Both the position numbers and the translations under genes were made by a program. Shown in pieces: positions 28,204 through 38,508 of a stretch of 64,000 nucleotides of DNA. Below the pieces are notes generated by a model, which ran no database searches, was not told the DNA's origin, and worked only from the letters and a program-made list of their open reading frames with translations. Every line of letters begins with the position of its first letter. Position 1 is the stretch's first letter. The stretch lies in the IMG/VR virus record IMGVR_UViG_3300045921_000730, positions 124,001-188,000 of that record; one strand, given 5' to 3'.

Positions 28204-29376
28204 ATGAACATTCCAGGCGCATTTACTTTAGTTGATGTTGATTTTAACCGAACAGAAGAGCCTGCTCTTTTACTTCGTAGCGCAGGCGGTGTAGACACGT
28301 ATATGCGTTGGTCCAAGCTCACACCCAGCGCTCAGAGCGAATTGTATGATATTATGGGAACAATCGATGCATCTGCAACAGATTGGACGTATGCCACAGA
28401 TGCAATCAGCATTACAGGCACGGGCGTTACACCTCTAGCAGCAACAGAGGTTCCTGCTGGCACATACAATCTTAACGTTAATGTTGATGGTGCTGGTGCA
28501 GTTGATGTTCCTGTTGTTGTAACAGCAGGTATGACATTTCAGCAAATGCTCGATGATGCATTTTTGCCATCACTAAAAGTAGCATTTCCGGCTGCTAAGG
28601 CTTACTGGACACAAGTTAACGCAACAACACTCAATCTAGTTGTTGAAACAGGCACAGTCGGAACGACAGGTGCTGTCGTCGTTGTGGCTGGCACATCCGA
28701 TGATTTAATTACAGCAATTAACGGAACCTCTGCTTGGGCATGCGCAGTTGCAGCTGGTGTTGCTGGTGCGAATGGTGCATCCACTCTACCCGCAGGCGTC
28801 ATTGGTTCTGCAACAATTAACTTTACAGCATTACCAGCCGTAACACCCACAACGGCGTTAGGCATTACTGCAGGTAACTATACGTTTGAAGTCGCTGTTG
28901 ACGGTGGTACATCAACAGTGTATACTGTTGCAGCAACCGGAACTGATACTATGACAACAATGGCAGCTTTAATGGCAGCACAGCTAGCAGGCAAGGCAAC
29001 TGTAGCAGCCGTCGGTACAGGTTTTGTTATTACCACACTAACGCCTGGCTCAGCAGGTTCGGTAGCTGTAACAATTCCTGCTTCCTCCGGTACAGATTTA
29101 GTTGGTGCTATTAACACTTCATTAACGGCAACACACGCTGTAACAACAGTACCAGGTGCCGACGATTGGATGACACAACTCGAAAACGTAAAATCCTTAA
29201 CAGGCTTCCCGCTTCTCCAATCAGTAGGCAATGGTGCTTTTGTTGAGAAGGGACCAAAGCCAACAGCTCTTGGCAAAGCAGTTCAAACATATGTATATTG
29301 GGACGGTGCTGCTTGGAAGTACTATGTTAATGATGTAACAGTTGGTCCAACAGTAAATCCACCCGCAAACGTTTAA
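28204..29376 (+). CDS. Virion structural protein, Ala/Thr/Val/Gly-rich with an internal duplication
   Basis: GATAAATA and GAGGAG SD; two similar halves (GTYNLNVNVDG / GNYTFEVAVDG). Confidence 0.7.
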   Translation: MNIPGAFTLVDVDFNRTEEPALLLRSAGGVDTYMRWSKLTPSAQSELYDIMGTIDASATDWTYATDAISITGTGVTPLAATEVPAGTYNLNVNVDGAGAVDVPVVVTAGMTFQQMLDDAFLPSLKVAFPAAKAYWTQVNATTLNLVVETGTVGTTGAVVVVAGTSDDLITAINGTSAWACAVAAGVAGANGASTLPAGVIGSATINFTALPAVTPTTALGITAGNYTFEVAVDGGTSTVYTVAATGTDTMTTMAALMAAQLAGKATVAAVGTGFVITTLTPGSAGSVAVTIPASSGTDLVGAINTSLTATHAVTTVPGADDWMTQLENVKSLTGFPLLQSVGNGAFVEKGPKPTALGKAVQTYVYWDGAAWKYYVNDVTVGPTVNPPANV

Positions 29377-29385
29377 AGAAATTTA

Positions 29386-29497
29386 AAGCTTGCTAACAAG
29401 CAAGCTTAATAAGCCCCGCCGAATTCGGCGGGGCTTAAAGCCCCGCCGAAGATAGCATCTTCGGCCCGACGCCTCCTACGTGGAGGCGTTTCTTTTT
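29386..29497. other. GC-rich four-hairpin cluster ending in a terminator
   Basis: Stems at 29386-29407, 29410-29437 (28-bp palindrome), 29445-29465 and 29469-29489 plus T tract. Confidence 0.75.
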
Positions 29498-29593
29498 GTA
29501 AGATACAATAAACTTCACGATTTTCTCGACTAATTTTCGATAAATAAACAAGTCTGGTTGTGGAACATAGTACAATAAACAAGAGAATAAAAC

Positions 29594-31174
29594 ATGACTG
29601 AAAATAACTGTTACATAACAGCAACAGGAACTCAATGTCCCAAACCTTCAAATTATACGATCTGTCGTCCTTGGGATTTCACAGTAAGTCGCGATCAATG
29701 TTACATTGACAACTTGGGGGCACAGGCATTAGATATTGCTGGAGCGCAAGTTAATGTGTATAAATTGTTAGGTGTACATGAACAAACAAAATTATTAGAT
29801 TTAACAGGAGACGGTGATCCAATTTCGGGTGGTGACGCTCTTTATTTCCCTGCAAGCAACGCATTTACAATTTTTGCAAAAGAATGGCGTTCAAAACAAA
29901 CGGGCCAACAAGTTTTAACAAGCGCTTACATTGGTTATGATTTTGGTTTTATTAAAATTTCTACTGGGAGACAACGTTATGGTATAGATACCAGTATACG
30001 TAATACAATTTCCACAATTAAAATTAAACAAAGTAATAATCAAAATAATCGAGTAACGAAAGCAAGAATTGAACGTTCTGAAGACGGAAAGTCGTGGTAT
30101 GGTGTAGCAATTGTTCATTTGCCAGATAATGATTTATTAAATACAATTCATTTTAAGGCATCAGTTCCTGCCAGATACTGGAGATTACGTCCGTTAGAGT
30201 TTGCTGGACAACAATGTGATTATTGGGGTGTTCAAGCATTAGAAATGTCCGAATATGAAGAAACGGCACTGAATAATATTGAAGATAAAATCTTTCTTGA
30301 AAATAGAAACAGAGATTATAATAAATTACCAATAACACTCAAAGGATTTTATACATTATCATCCATATCTTCAGACCTTACAAAGTTTGGCATACAAATA
30401 CCAACAGCAACATATCAAATTACAATAAATTTTAATAGATGTGTTGCTTTACTTGGACGACCGGTTGTTGTGGGCGACATAATTGAATTGCCGAGTGAAA
30501 CACAGTATACACCTGACTTAAAACCAATCAAACGTTATTTGGAAGTAACAGACGTTACCTGGGATCCTGGTTCATATACACCCGGATGGCAGCCAACAAT
30601 GTTACTTGTAACAGCCGTCCCTGCAATGGCTTCACAAGAAACACAAGACATATTTGGTGATTTACGTAAAAATACTGACGCTTCTGGTTTGTTTGATAAT
30701 GATGATGGAAACCATCCAAAGTGGCAAGATTATAGCGAAATTGATCAAACCATTCAAGAAACATCATTAAGTAAAGGAAATGTGCCACAAAGAGGCAGTG
30801 AAGGCTCAAATGTTGTTCGCGAATTTACAGAAGAAGAAATAACACAAGCATCTGCGGACGGCTTTCCTAACATACAAAAAATCGGGTTCACGAAAAAATC
30901 ATTATATGTCGAAGATGCAATCCCACAAAACAATGCACCCTACACTGAAGGACCAGAGTTTCCATCTTCACCGAGCGATGGTGATTATCACCGTATGACA
31001 TATGAGGGTTTATCTAAAGATGTGCCAGCGCGTCTATACAGATGGTCAACCTTAAAGGGACGGTGGGTTTATCTTGAAACAGACAGAAGACAACAATTTA
31101 ATTATCAGAAGGAAGTGTTAAACGAATACTTAACGAACCCACAAAGAATTCCAGCTAACAAAATTGGAGAATAA
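29594..31174 (+). CDS. Neck/head-closure protein (gp14-like) with a discoidin (F5/8 type C)-like insertion
   Basis: IEDKIFLENRNRDY, DLTKFGI, LLGRPVVVGDIIELP; position between gp13 and gp15. Confidence 0.65.
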   Translation: MTENNCYITATGTQCPKPSNYTICRPWDFTVSRDQCYIDNLGAQALDIAGAQVNVYKLLGVHEQTKLLDLTGDGDPISGGDALYFPASNAFTIFAKEWRSKQTGQQVLTSAYIGYDFGFIKISTGRQRYGIDTSIRNTISTIKIKQSNNQNNRVTKARIERSEDGKSWYGVAIVHLPDNDLLNTIHFKASVPARYWRLRPLEFAGQQCDYWGVQALEMSEYEETALNNIEDKIFLENRNRDYNKLPITLKGFYTLSSISSDLTKFGIQIPTATYQITINFNRCVALLGRPVVVGDIIELPSETQYTPDLKPIKRYLEVTDVTWDPGSYTPGWQPTMLLVTAVPAMASQETQDIFGDLRKNTDASGLFDNDDGNHPKWQDYSEIDQTIQETSLSKGNVPQRGSEGSNVVREFTEEEITQASADGFPNIQKIGFTKKSLYVEDAIPQNNAPYTEGPEFPSSPSDGDYHRMTYEGLSKDVPARLYRWSTLKGRWVYLETDRRQQFNYQKEVLNEYLTNPQRIPANKIGE

Positions 31175-31176
31175 AG

Positions 31177-32019
31177 ATGTCTGAAAATAAACAAGCAACA
31201 GGAATAGTACCTAAAGCATATTATTATGACAAACAATTGAGAAAATATATTCTCCAATTTATGGCTATATTTTCAGGACTTCAAGTCAGTGTAGGAAGAA
31301 GAAAGACAGACGATGTTGTTATTAATCAAGATTGCGAGGGAAATGAAACAACGGAACCAGTAGTATTAGAAGAAGCATTAATCAGTGTTCCTATTCACTA
31401 TGGCGGCAAAGATCGAGTCGTTGCAGCAATCCTTGCTGAAAATACACAAAATAAACCATTACGATTACCTTTAATGAGCGCCTATGCAAGAGGCATTGAT
31501 TTTAACGCACAGTTTGCAACAGGTTTGCAAACGTCCAGACGTCAAAGTTATCTCCCTACGGGCGGTATAATACCAGATGATATTGAAGTTGTACGACAAC
31601 TAAAACCAGTTCCTTATAAATTAACGATGGAGTTGGCTGTTTATGCAAGTAACACGGACCAACATTTTCAAATTATGGAGCAGATTTTAATGTTGTTTGA
31701 TCCACAAATGCAAATACAAACAACGGACGCGTTATTTGATTGGACAAAAATTACTCACGTAAAACTTGAAAGTGTTAATTTTGATCAAAACTATCCTTCT
31801 GGTACAGATCCTCGAATCATACAATCTACCTTAACATTTTCGATGCCTGTTTGGTTATCAGCGCCCGCAGACGTTCGTAAGGAATTTGTTGAAAAAATAT
31901 ATGCACGAATAGGAGCCGTCAGCGATCTTTCTTCTTCTGAACAAATAATAGCAGAACTTGATGCTCAGGAAATTGAATATAGTTTGTTGTGGGATGTGAA
32001 CAATTTAACTATAAAATAA
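31177..32019 (+). CDS. gp15: Tail terminator / sheath stabiliser
   Basis: YYYDKQLRKYILQFMAIFS, VPIHYG, LPLMS, PVPYKL, QIMEQIL..FDP. Confidence 0.85.
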   Translation: MSENKQATGIVPKAYYYDKQLRKYILQFMAIFSGLQVSVGRRKTDDVVINQDCEGNETTEPVVLEEALISVPIHYGGKDRVVAAILAENTQNKPLRLPLMSAYARGIDFNAQFATGLQTSRRQSYLPTGGIIPDDIEVVRQLKPVPYKLTMELAVYASNTDQHFQIMEQILMLFDPQMQIQTTDALFDWTKITHVKLESVNFDQNYPSGTDPRIIQSTLTFSMPVWLSAPADVRKEFVEKIYARIGAVSDLSSSEQIIAELDAQEIEYSLLWDVNNLTIK

Positions 32020-32086
32020 AAACACCGTTTTTAGATACAGAAACATAAATATTACAAATGGTAATGAGGTTTTTAAGGAGATTTAA

Positions 32087-33817
32087 ATGGCAAATTTAGT
32101 TAGCCCAGGTATCAGCGTAACAGTTACTGACGAATCATTTTTTATTCCCGCAGCTGGTAGAACTGTTCCTTTGTTTTTTATTGCTACCGCTGCTGAAAAA
32201 ACACAACCGAACAATCTTGCAGCTCTCGGAACATATGAACACGATGTCATTCGTACTGTAACATCTTTAACGCAAAGCATACAACTCTATGGTATTCCAC
32301 GTTTCTTGCAAGACAGTCAAGGTCGCCAGCATCACGGCGATGCACGCAACGAGTATGGCTTGTTTGCCTTGAATTCATATCTTGGCATTGGAAACTTGGC
32401 TTATGTTATTCGTGCAAATGTCAATTTAAACGATAACCTTGACGACATTCGCACAATGTGGAACAACAAAGCGCAAGAAGCTTCCTTTGTTCTTGAAAAC
32501 TTAGTAGCACAGTATATTGAAGAATATAACATTGCAAATGGTTATGTTCCTTTAGACCCATTATATAAAGAAACTGTCACCGGTCCAGAGTTACTCTCAT
32601 TAACACAACAAGCGACAGCATTTATTTGGGACATGTCTACATTTAAAAACGTTGAAAATGATTTCTTTGATGATCACACAGCTACTCCTTATGATGTTTA
32701 TGCTAATGGTTATGACCAACCATCAACAGGAACATTCATTGGTTATCAAGGTAATATCGATGACTGGATTGCTAATTTGAGTGGTAGCACATCAGGCAAA
32801 GAAGACCAATGGACGCCAACAGAAGCTGCTAATTTCTTGTTAGCAAACACAGATCAACTCCAATTTACAGTAGAGTTCCGCAATCAAACTTCTCTTGGTG
32901 CTAACAATGCAGCGAGAAGAGCCGCAATAGTTACAGCTCTACAAGCCTCAATTAACAACAATACAGATATTCGTGGTGAAGCTTTTGAATATAACTTAAT
33001 TTTATGTCCAGGTTTCCCAGAAGTTGTCGATGAAATGTTGAACCTTTGTGTCGATATTCAAGAAGAAGCGTTTGTAATCGGTGATGTTCCATTTACACAA
33101 GATCCTGATCAGGTTGTTTCGTGGGCTGCAACGCCAAATAGAATTACATCACGAAACGTTGCTTATTATTATCCACATGGTTTTGGTTCAAATCTTGATG
33201 GCGTAAACGTCGTCGTTCCTGCATCAGCAATTGCAGTTAGAACGATAGCTTATAGTGATAACGTTTCCGAGCTTTGGTTTGCACCAGCAGGTACACGTCG
33301 TGGTGTCGTTTCAGGTGTATCACTAGTAGGATATGTTACTGGAACTCTTGGAACACCAACAACATTTGTTGACGTTGCTCTAAATCAAGGACAGAGAGAA
33401 AATCTCTACAAATATTTTACAAACATTAATCCAATTGTATTCTTTCCAACGCGCGGCTTGATTGTTTTTGGTCAAAAGACTTCAGCACCTGACGCTAGTG
33501 CGCTTGACCGTATTAATGTAATGCGTCTTGTAATGTACATTAAGAGACAACTTCGTAAGAATACGTTGAGTTTCGTGTTTGAACCAAACGATCAGTTAAC
33601 GCGTGATAGTTTAAAGGCTGTCGTTGATAATTTCTTAGGTGATCTTGTTGTTAAGCGTGCTTTATATGACTTTGCAACAGTTTGTGACGAGTCAAACAAC
33701 ACGCCCGACAGAATCGACAAAAATGAAATGTATATCGATATAGCTCTGAAGCCAGTAAAAGCTGCAGAATTTATCTACATACCAATCCGTATCGTTGCTA
33801 CAAACGCTGAAATTTAA
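32087..33817 (+). CDS. gp18: Tail sheath protein
   Basis: LVSPGISV, WFAPAGTRRG, INPI, FGQKT, DRINVMRL, FEPND, CDESNNTP, PVKAAEFIYI. Confidence 0.95.
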   Translation: MANLVSPGISVTVTDESFFIPAAGRTVPLFFIATAAEKTQPNNLAALGTYEHDVIRTVTSLTQSIQLYGIPRFLQDSQGRQHHGDARNEYGLFALNSYLGIGNLAYVIRANVNLNDNLDDIRTMWNNKAQEASFVLENLVAQYIEEYNIANGYVPLDPLYKETVTGPELLSLTQQATAFIWDMSTFKNVENDFFDDHTATPYDVYANGYDQPSTGTFIGYQGNIDDWIANLSGSTSGKEDQWTPTEAANFLLANTDQLQFTVEFRNQTSLGANNAARRAAIVTALQASINNNTDIRGEAFEYNLILCPGFPEVVDEMLNLCVDIQEEAFVIGDVPFTQDPDQVVSWAATPNRITSRNVAYYYPHGFGSNLDGVNVVVPASAIAVRTIAYSDNVSELWFAPAGTRRGVVSGVSLVGYVTGTLGTPTTFVDVALNQGQRENLYKYFTNINPIVFFPTRGLIVFGQKTSAPDASALDRINVMRLVMYIKRQLRKNTLSFVFEPNDQLTRDSLKAVVDNFLGDLVVKRALYDFATVCDESNNTPDRIDKNEMYIDIALKPVKAAEFIYIPIRIVATNAEI

Positions 33818-33837
33818 TTCTTAATTTAAACATAATG

Positions 33838-35349
33838 TTATTTTAATACACCCTCTTCGGAGGGTGTTTCTTTTTGCCATATCCACCGTATATTACCACA
33901 ATCCCAAATTCTATCATATCCATTATTTTTCATATTTTCCCACTCAGATAATGCCGGATCGTATATTTCTAATAATTTTTTTAATTTATGTTTTTGAAAT
34001 TGAATTCGTGAAAATGTTATATTTGTGTTTTGAGTGTGAAAATATATATAGTTTGGTGGTGTATATCGGTCTATTTTAAAACCAAGATGTTCATAGAAAT
34101 TAGTAATACCCCATTTGTTTTCTGAATATGTTACAATTGATTTTATGTTTTTGAGTTGTGTTGTTGCAAATGTAAAAAGTTTAGATGCACCACCCACAAC
34201 GTTGTGATCTCTTTCAACAGCATAACGTGTTAGTTCATATTGTACATTTTTATCATAACGTGATACAGAAAAACTCATGCACGCAACAACTTTTCCACTG
34301 TAAACCAAACCATAATTGTATTTTGAAGGTACATATCCTTGTGTATGATTTTTTTCATAAAAAGTTTTTATATCTTTTGTTTGTAAGGACACAACTTCAC
34401 ATTTTCGCGCATAAATGTTGTTTATATTTTTTGTTTTATTTGTTTTATGTAACAAACGAGACAATATCAATTCTTTATTTTTAATCCAGTCATATTCGAA
34501 TATATGAATCAATGTTATACCTTGTTTATGACAAAGTGTGGTTTTGTTTAGATGGTAATATCTATTTTTTCCTTTTGTTTCACTGTGCCAAAATGTTCCG
34601 TTGAATTCTATTGCTATTTTATGGTCGGGAAGATATAGATCAACATGATACGGTGAAATAATTTTTTTATTTTCTTCAAACGTTATATCATTGTTTTTGA
34701 GAAAATTACATATTTCTTTTTGGGGTTCGGAAGTAAAGGATTGTCGTTTTGTTTTTAATTGTTTTTTTGATAGCAAAGAAGAAATGCGTGGCTGTGTAAT
34801 GCCCAGCACTTCACCGAGCTCTTTTTGTGAAAGTCCTTGCTCGATCAGCTCTTCGACCAAAACGTTGTTTGCATTTTTGTTTCGTGTTCTGAAATTACTT
34901 TTACTGATTTTTTCTTTTATATCTTGCGATTTTGATGGGTTATCAACGCCATATTTTTCTAACCAACGTTGTTGAATATTTTGTTTTATTTTAGAATTAT
35001 TCATAGCACATTTAACACCATAACGTTCAACGTTTGTTTTTTGGATTTGGACGTTGATATCATTATCTTGTCTTGCACATTTTGAACAACAATATGTGTT
35101 ATATGTGCTTTTTTCTTTTCTCCAAGTAACATGATTGTTATTACATATTTTACATTTAGGTACATAAAATATGTTATTTTCAACATGCCATATTCTTGTA
35201 ACAATGTGAGCATATGCGGGAAGAAAAGCAGTGGCTTCGAGTAAATTACTATAACCTTCGTGATATTTTAACGAACTTTTCTTTTTCATTTTTTTGCTTT
35301 GTTCTATCAACATCTGAAGTTTTTTATCCATTTTAAGCCTTTGTAGCAT
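33838..35349 (-). CDS. Homing-endonuclease-like protein: Zn finger/HTH + PD-(D/E)xK + Mom/GNAT-like domain (copy 4)
   Basis: CKIC...YCCSKC; ERYGV repeats; HTH SQKELGEVLGITQPRIS; VDLYLPDHKIAIEFNGTFWHSE; RIWDCG. Confidence 0.75.
   Translation of the reverse strand: MLQRLKMDKKLQMLIEQSKKMKKKSSLKYHEGYSNLLEATAFLPAYAHIVTRIWHVENNIFYVPKCKICNNNHVTWRKEKSTYNTYCCSKCARQDNDINVQIQKTNVERYGVKCAMNNSKIKQNIQQRWLEKYGVDNPSKSQDIKEKISKSNFRTRNKNANNVLVEELIEQGLSQKELGEVLGITQPRISSLLSKKQLKTKRQSFTSEPQKEICNFLKNNDITFEENKKIISPYHVDLYLPDHKIAIEFNGTFWHSETKGKNRYYHLNKTTLCHKQGITLIHIFEYDWIKNKELILSRLLHKTNKTKNINNIYARKCEVVSLQTKDIKTFYEKNHTQGYVPSKYNYGLVYSGKVVACMSFSVSRYDKNVQYELTRYAVERDHNVVGGASKLFTFATTQLKNIKSIVTYSENKWGITNFYEHLGFKIDRYTPPNYIYFHTQNTNITFSRIQFQKHKLKKLLEIYDPALSEWENMKNNGYDRIWDCGNIRWIWQKETPSEEGVLK
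33848..33875 (+). terminator. Sheath-gene terminator with a cUUCGg tetraloop
   Basis: ACACCCTC-TTCG-GAGGGTGT-TTCTTTTT. Confidence 0.8.
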
Positions 35350-35401
35350 AAATACTTTTAAAGAATTATTTTGTTTATATTATACGGGGAGTATTTATAC
35401 T

Positions 35402-35989
35402 ATGGCAACAATCAATGATTTCGGCATTCCAGGTGTAGGAACAGGTATTCTACACCCAAAACATAAAAATCGCTGGAGAGTAACGTTTGCTAACATGGGC
35501 GGTGGTCTTGATTCGCAACCAGTATCTATGCAAGCAATAACTATTCAACGCCCCAAATTGACTTTTGCTGATATCCCTTTGCATCGTTATAACTCTATAG
35601 CATACGTTGCTGGTAAACATAGTTGGGATCCAATTTCGTTAGTCGTTCAAGATGATCAGACAGGAACAGCATCAACAGTTATTCAACAACAGTTACAAGC
35701 TCAACAGTGGTTAATCGGAGCTGAAGGTCAATGGCTTGCTGCAGCCGGCGAAGGCAGTTTATATAAGTTTGTAACATATTTAGATCAACTAGATGGTAAC
35801 GATCAAGTAATCGAAAAGTGGACAATTGAAGGTTGTTATTTAGCCAATGTCAACTGGGACGATCTTGATTATTCGACGGGTGATCCTGTTCAAATCAGTT
35901 TAACAATTAGATATGATCATGCTCGTCAAGTACTTGGTGGTTATGATCAAGGCCAAGGCGTTGCAACAGGTGGTGCAGGTCGTACATAA
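35402..35989 (+). CDS. gp19: Tail tube protein
   Basis: NRWRVTF, RPKLTF, YVAGKHSWDPI, WTIEGCY...DLDYS...ISLTIRYD; CATAAATA at 35347-35354. Confidence 0.85.
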   Translation: MATINDFGIPGVGTGILHPKHKNRWRVTFANMGGGLDSQPVSMQAITIQRPKLTFADIPLHRYNSIAYVAGKHSWDPISLVVQDDQTGTASTVIQQQLQAQQWLIGAEGQWLAAAGEGSLYKFVTYLDQLDGNDQVIEKWTIEGCYLANVNWDDLDYSTGDPVQISLTIRYDHARQVLGGYDQGQGVATGGAGRT

Positions 35990-36005
35990 TTGTACATTAA
36001 AAATT

Positions 36006-36110
36006 CAAGGAAATCTGATACTCTTTAGACGTCAGGATCAATTGAATAAATACAAAAGTAGGGAACACAGCCCAGGAAGTTAGTTGTTTTTACGACAACT
36101 AACAGTTCAC
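36006..36110 (+). repeat. Paired IS200/IS605-end-like remnants (A then B) flanking a late promoter
   Basis: CAAGGAAATCTGATACTCTTTAGACGTCAGG...AATAAATA...GCCCAGGAAGTTAGTTGTTTTTACGACAACTAACAGTTCAC; same order as upstream of the portal gene. Confidence 0.55.
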
Positions 36111-36131
36111 TATATTTCCTGAGAAGAAACT

Positions 36132-37619
36132 ATGGCAAATGATCCACGTTTTAATGTAAAACCATGTCCTCCAACAGTAGGCGGGAGGTCTGTTGCAGAA
36201 AATGTCGCTTCTACAGCGTCCCGTGCTAATTTTTTTAGAGGCATTCAAAAAGCTGGAAATCTCGAAGTTTTAAATGACATAGGTGCTAATAACATTGGTA
36301 GAGGATTACGAACAATAGCAAGCGTTTCCAATTCTATTAGAACGGGATGTGGTGCTTTGCCGTCCTCAATAGGAAATTCTGTACAGGCAGGAACAAACTG
36401 GGTGTTAGAACAGGTAGGTATGAACGCTACAGTAGCCGAATCTGTTAGAGCATTCAATCCACAGGTTGCAAATCAGGCGCTTGGTCAAGCGAGACAAATA
36501 TTTGAAAAAACACAACAAGGAAATTTTAAAATAGAAGATATACCGTTTGTTTTTCAAGATTTGCAAAATCTTGAAAGACTAGGTCGAGGAATTTTTACAC
36601 CCTCGTCGTGGCTTGAAAGAAATAAAGCAACAGCAGTTTGTGAAGCATCGCCATATGCAATCGATCTTGTACGTCAGCACCCTAAGTTTAAGTTTTTGTT
36701 TGTTGTTGAATTTGGTTTTTATCCTGAGTTTGATTCTCTCAAACAAGTACAATTTCCGTTTTTAATCAAAAAAACAACACGACCTTCTATAAAATATGAA
36801 ATGGAAGATATAAATTATTATAATTATCGAACTAAACTAATTACAAAAACCACATTTGATGAAATGCAAATGTCATTTCACGATGACGGACGAAACGAAA
36901 CAATGGATTTTATTACAGCATACTTAAGAGCACTAACACCAATAGCAAACAAGTTCTCGAATGTAATAAACAACGGAAGTTTTAATTCTTCTGAATATAT
37001 GTACGATGGTATATATCCAGGATATTCTGGGAATGCTGATTCCACATATGGACCAAACATTCAAACAACAATCGACGAAGCAGGACAACCCTTAAATGTA
37101 ACAACTAATGATGTACAGCAAGGAAAAAATTTTCAAATACCTATTCAAAATTATTCCTCAACGAGAGGCTTGACAGGTAATTCAATTGGCGTTTTACAAT
37201 ATATTAATCTTTATCATTTTTATGATTGGGGTAGAAAACTGAATAGTTATTCTTTTATCAATCCAAGAATTTCAAATATAAGCATGGATGAACTTGATAT
37301 GAGTGCATCCGAAAGTTTATCTGAAATAACAATTTCTTTTAATTATGATACAGTAATCATTGACACAGGTATTGATTTTGAGACGCTTGAAGGAAGAGTC
37401 ACGTCTCTTCAAGAAGCAGGTATCTATAAACTTAGAAATGTTAGTAGTAAAGAGAAAAACACATCGTCGCCCGATGTACCTTTTGGTCTTGCTACACCAC
37501 CCAATCCAGCAGAATGTAATCCGGCAAACACACAACGAGGTAACCAGCCGGTTGGAACCGCACGATCGTTATCAGGAATTGGTTCTACACCGTTTGGACC
37601 ATCATTATTCAGATCATGA
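36132..37619 (+). CDS. Tube-fold baseplate-tube junction protein (gp54/gp48-like)
   Basis: PKFKFLFVVEF, RPSIKYEMEDINYYN, FHDD, FINPRI...DELDMS...ITISFNYD: paralogous to the tube protein. Confidence 0.65.
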   Translation: MANDPRFNVKPCPPTVGGRSVAENVASTASRANFFRGIQKAGNLEVLNDIGANNIGRGLRTIASVSNSIRTGCGALPSSIGNSVQAGTNWVLEQVGMNATVAESVRAFNPQVANQALGQARQIFEKTQQGNFKIEDIPFVFQDLQNLERLGRGIFTPSSWLERNKATAVCEASPYAIDLVRQHPKFKFLFVVEFGFYPEFDSLKQVQFPFLIKKTTRPSIKYEMEDINYYNYRTKLITKTTFDEMQMSFHDDGRNETMDFITAYLRALTPIANKFSNVINNGSFNSSEYMYDGIYPGYSGNADSTYGPNIQTTIDEAGQPLNVTTNDVQQGKNFQIPIQNYSSTRGLTGNSIGVLQYINLYHFYDWGRKLNSYSFINPRISNISMDELDMSASESLSEITISFNYDTVIIDTGIDFETLEGRVTSLQEAGIYKLRNVSSKEKNTSSPDVPFGLATPPNPAECNPANTQRGNQPVGTARSLSGIGSTPFGPSLFRS

Positions 37620-38053
37620 GTAAACCATATCAACAAGGACGATATATTCCAAAAAATCCATCAAAATATATCGGCGATATTACAAAAATTCGTTATATGT
37701 CTTCGTGGGAATACGAAATGCATAAGTTTTTAGATAATAATCCATATGTAATCGAGTGGGCATCTGAAGAAATAGCAATACCCTATATTAAACCTACGGA
37801 CAACAAGGTACATAAATACTATGTAGATTATTATATAAAATATGTTGATAAAAACGGAAATATAAAAACAGAACTTATAGAAATAAAACCGACGACACAA
37901 ACAAAAGCGTCTCGGTCTAAAAAGACTATTACACAATTAAAAGAAAACATTACATTTGCAATTAACGTTGCTAAATGGAAAGCAGCACAAGACTTTGCTT
38001 ATAAAAATGGCTGGACATTTCGTATCATAACAGAAAATGAAATTTTTAAATAA
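37616..38053 (+). CDS. gp4: Head completion nuclease (T4 gp4, TnsA-like)
   Basis: QGRYIPKNPSKYIGD, SSWE, WASEEIAIPY, HKYYVDY, IEIKP, N.AKW.AA. Confidence 0.9.
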   Translation: MSKPYQQGRYIPKNPSKYIGDITKIRYMSSWEYEMHKFLDNNPYVIEWASEEIAIPYIKPTDNKVHKYYVDYYIKYVDKNGNIKTELIEIKPTTQTKASRSKKTITQLKENITFAINVAKWKAAQDFAYKNGWTFRIITENEIFK

Positions 38054-38055
38054 AA

Positions 38056-38508
38056 ATGGATATTATTAAAAAACAAAAAACAATCGAGCATCCTTTAGAA
38101 GAAGTGTTTGATATTGAAAATAATTCTACTGTGGTCGAATATTCGGAAACGTTGCCAACGCCACCGGTTGATGCACCTATATATGACGAAAAAGACAACG
38201 AAATAGATTTACAGTTTGAAGAAGTTTATGTTTCTGCCATGAATAAAGTAATAGGAATTAGTGATGAAATTGAGCGCGTCGAAGGAAAATATAAAGCACG
38301 TTTAGGTGAAGTAACAGCAACAATGCTTACCGTCGCTCTAAATGCTGCAAAAGAAAAAAGAGAACTTAAACAACATAAAGATAAACTTTTATTACAAAAA
38401 CAAGTTTCAGGACCATCAACAGTAAATAATAATTTAGTTATAACTGATAGAAATGAAATTTTAAAGTTGTTACAAGAAGGAAAAAATTTAAAGAGCGATA
38501 AATTATGA
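38056..38508 (+). CDS. Terminase small subunit (putative)
   Basis: Helical core with C-terminal TVNNNLVITDRNEILK; upstream of the large terminase. Confidence 0.7.
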   Translation: MDIIKKQKTIEHPLEEVFDIENNSTVVEYSETLPTPPVDAPIYDEKDNEIDLQFEEVYVSAMNKVIGISDEIERVEGKYKARLGEVTATMLTVALNAAKEKRELKQHKDKLLLQKQVSGPSTVNNNLVITDRNEILKLLQEGKNLKSDKL

